Positions 16,955-17,913 of a stretch of 17,913 nucleotides of DNA are shown here, one piece after another. This stretch comes from Promethearchaeota archaeon (GTDB lineage Archaea > Asgardarchaeota > Lokiarchaeia > Sigyniarchaeales > SOKP01): NCBI GenBank assembly GCA_048938025.1, contig JBHLMP010000040.1:17378-35290 (forward strand), given 5' to 3'. A program made the position numbers and the translations under genes. The notes beneath the pieces are model-generated. The model was not told the origin of the DNA. It made no database searches and was given only the letters and a program-made list of their open reading frames with translations. Numbering within the stretch: the first letter of the stretch is position 1; every line of letters begins with the position of its first letter.

Positions 16955-17818
16955 GTGTCTTTTAACTTGAGAATTGGGGCTCATATGAGTGTTTCTGGTG
17001 GCAAATACATGGCACTTGAAAGAGGTAAAGAACTTGGATGCGAAGCCATACAAGTTTTTATTCGGAATGTTCGTGGATGGACTTCAAAACCTTTAGAACA
17101 AAAAGAAATAGACCTGTTTTTAGAAAAGAGGAAAGAAATAGACATCATCTGGCCTATAATTACACATAATAGCTATCTGATCAACCTGGCAACTATTGAA
17201 AGCGAAAAATTAGAAAAATCATATAATGCAATGATAGATGAATTAATAAAAGCGGATCAATTAAAAATCGAATATGCTAATATGCATCCTGGAAATAAAA
17301 ATGAAGATGAAGATGATGAACCTGCATTAAACCGTATCGCAGATCAACTAAATAAAGTAATTTCTGATACTGTACAATCAAAAGTAATCATATTACTAGA
17401 AACAACCGCAGGACAAGGTAATGACCTCGGATATAAGTTTGAACATATGAAATATATAATTGATAAAATCAAAGATAAAAATAGAATTGGTGTGTGTTTT
17501 GATACCGCCCATTCATTTGCTGCTGGGTATGATTTTACTACTCAGAAAAAATATAATGAAATGTGGGAGGAATTTGATAAAATTTTAGGTTTAAAGTATT
17601 TATATGCTTTTCATTTAAACGATGCTCAAAAAGGTTTAGGTTCTAAAGTTGACCGCCATACACATATAGGTCAAGGAAAAATTGGAAAAGATACTTTTGG
17701 TTTTTTTGTTAATGATGATAGATTTGAAAATCATCCAGGAATTTTAGAAACACCCAAAGGTGAGGATATGAAAGAAGATATTATGAATCTAAAGATTCTT
17801 AAATCATTAAGAGAATAA
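16955..17818 (+). CDS. nfo: Endonuclease IV (AP endonuclease)
   Basis: IGAHMS, THNSYLINLA, MHPG, LETTAGQG, CFDTAH, HLND, DRHTHIG, ILETP. The true start is probably TTG at 16967, downstream of the AGGTG SD. Confidence 0.96.
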   Translation: MSFNLRIGAHMSVSGGKYMALERGKELGCEAIQVFIRNVRGWTSKPLEQKEIDLFLEKRKEIDIIWPIITHNSYLINLATIESEKLEKSYNAMIDELIKADQLKIEYANMHPGNKNEDEDDEPALNRIADQLNKVISDTVQSKVIILLETTAGQGNDLGYKFEHMKYIIDKIKDKNRIGVCFDTAHSFAAGYDFTTQKKYNEMWEEFDKILGLKYLYAFHLNDAQKGLGSKVDRHTHIGQGKIGKDTFGFFVNDDRFENHPGILETPKGEDMKEDIMNLKILKSLRE

Positions 17819-17821
17819 AAA

Positions 17822-17913
17822 TTATTCCTCAACTTCAAACCAAACAGGGCTCTTATCATCAACAACTCCATTATAATTCATTGTTAATTCTTCACCCTTA
17901 GAAATATCTCTTA
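17822..17913 (-). CDS. C-terminal end of a SET-domain protein-lysine methyltransferase (5' part outside the window)
   Basis: Manual translation gives ...RDISKGEELTMNYNGVVDDKSPVWFEVEE* with TAA at 17824-17822. RDIxxGEELTxxY is the SET C-terminal signature. Confidence 0.8.
   Translation of the reverse strand, partial: RDISKGEELTMNYNGVVDDKSPVWFEVEE

Noticed and set aside
1-17913. tRNA, rRNA, CRISPR arrays, transposases, Sec/Pyl recoding
   Set aside because: I saw no GC-rich structured RNA islands, regularly spaced repeats, transposase ORFs or in-frame stops interrupting conserved domains.

Overview
This is an AT-rich archaeal chromosomal region. The gene content (TFB paralogues, AOR, a tandem Lrp/AsnC regulator, GGTGA-type Shine-Dalgarno sites, TATA/BRE-like promoters) suggests an Asgard/Lokiarchaeia-like host, which is inference. 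The left third (- strand) holds two paralogous P2-like P-type ATPases flanking a DedA/VTT (VMP1-like) membrane protein; the first ATPase is truncated by the window edge and missing from the ORF track. Both ATPases keep their catalytic motifs but replace the ion-binding M4 PEGLP with P-[L/F]-N-[I/L]-P, and the complete one has also lost the M6 Ca2+ ligands. The best novel-system candidate is therefore a lipid or other non-cation translocation module pairing ATPases with a scramblase-family protein. Next come a highly divergent TFB-like gene, a membrane protein and a near-canonical TFB. These are followed by a small divergent redox module (Cys-loop membrane protein, Cys/His-rich mini-protein, membrane-anchored flavodoxin) with a tandem palindromic operator. 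The right side holds a double Lrp/AsnC regulator, AOR, a membrane protein, a GlcD-like FAD oxidoreductase with an HdrD/GlcF-like Fe-S partner, endonuclease IV, and the 3' end of a SET-domain gene that the ORF track also misses.
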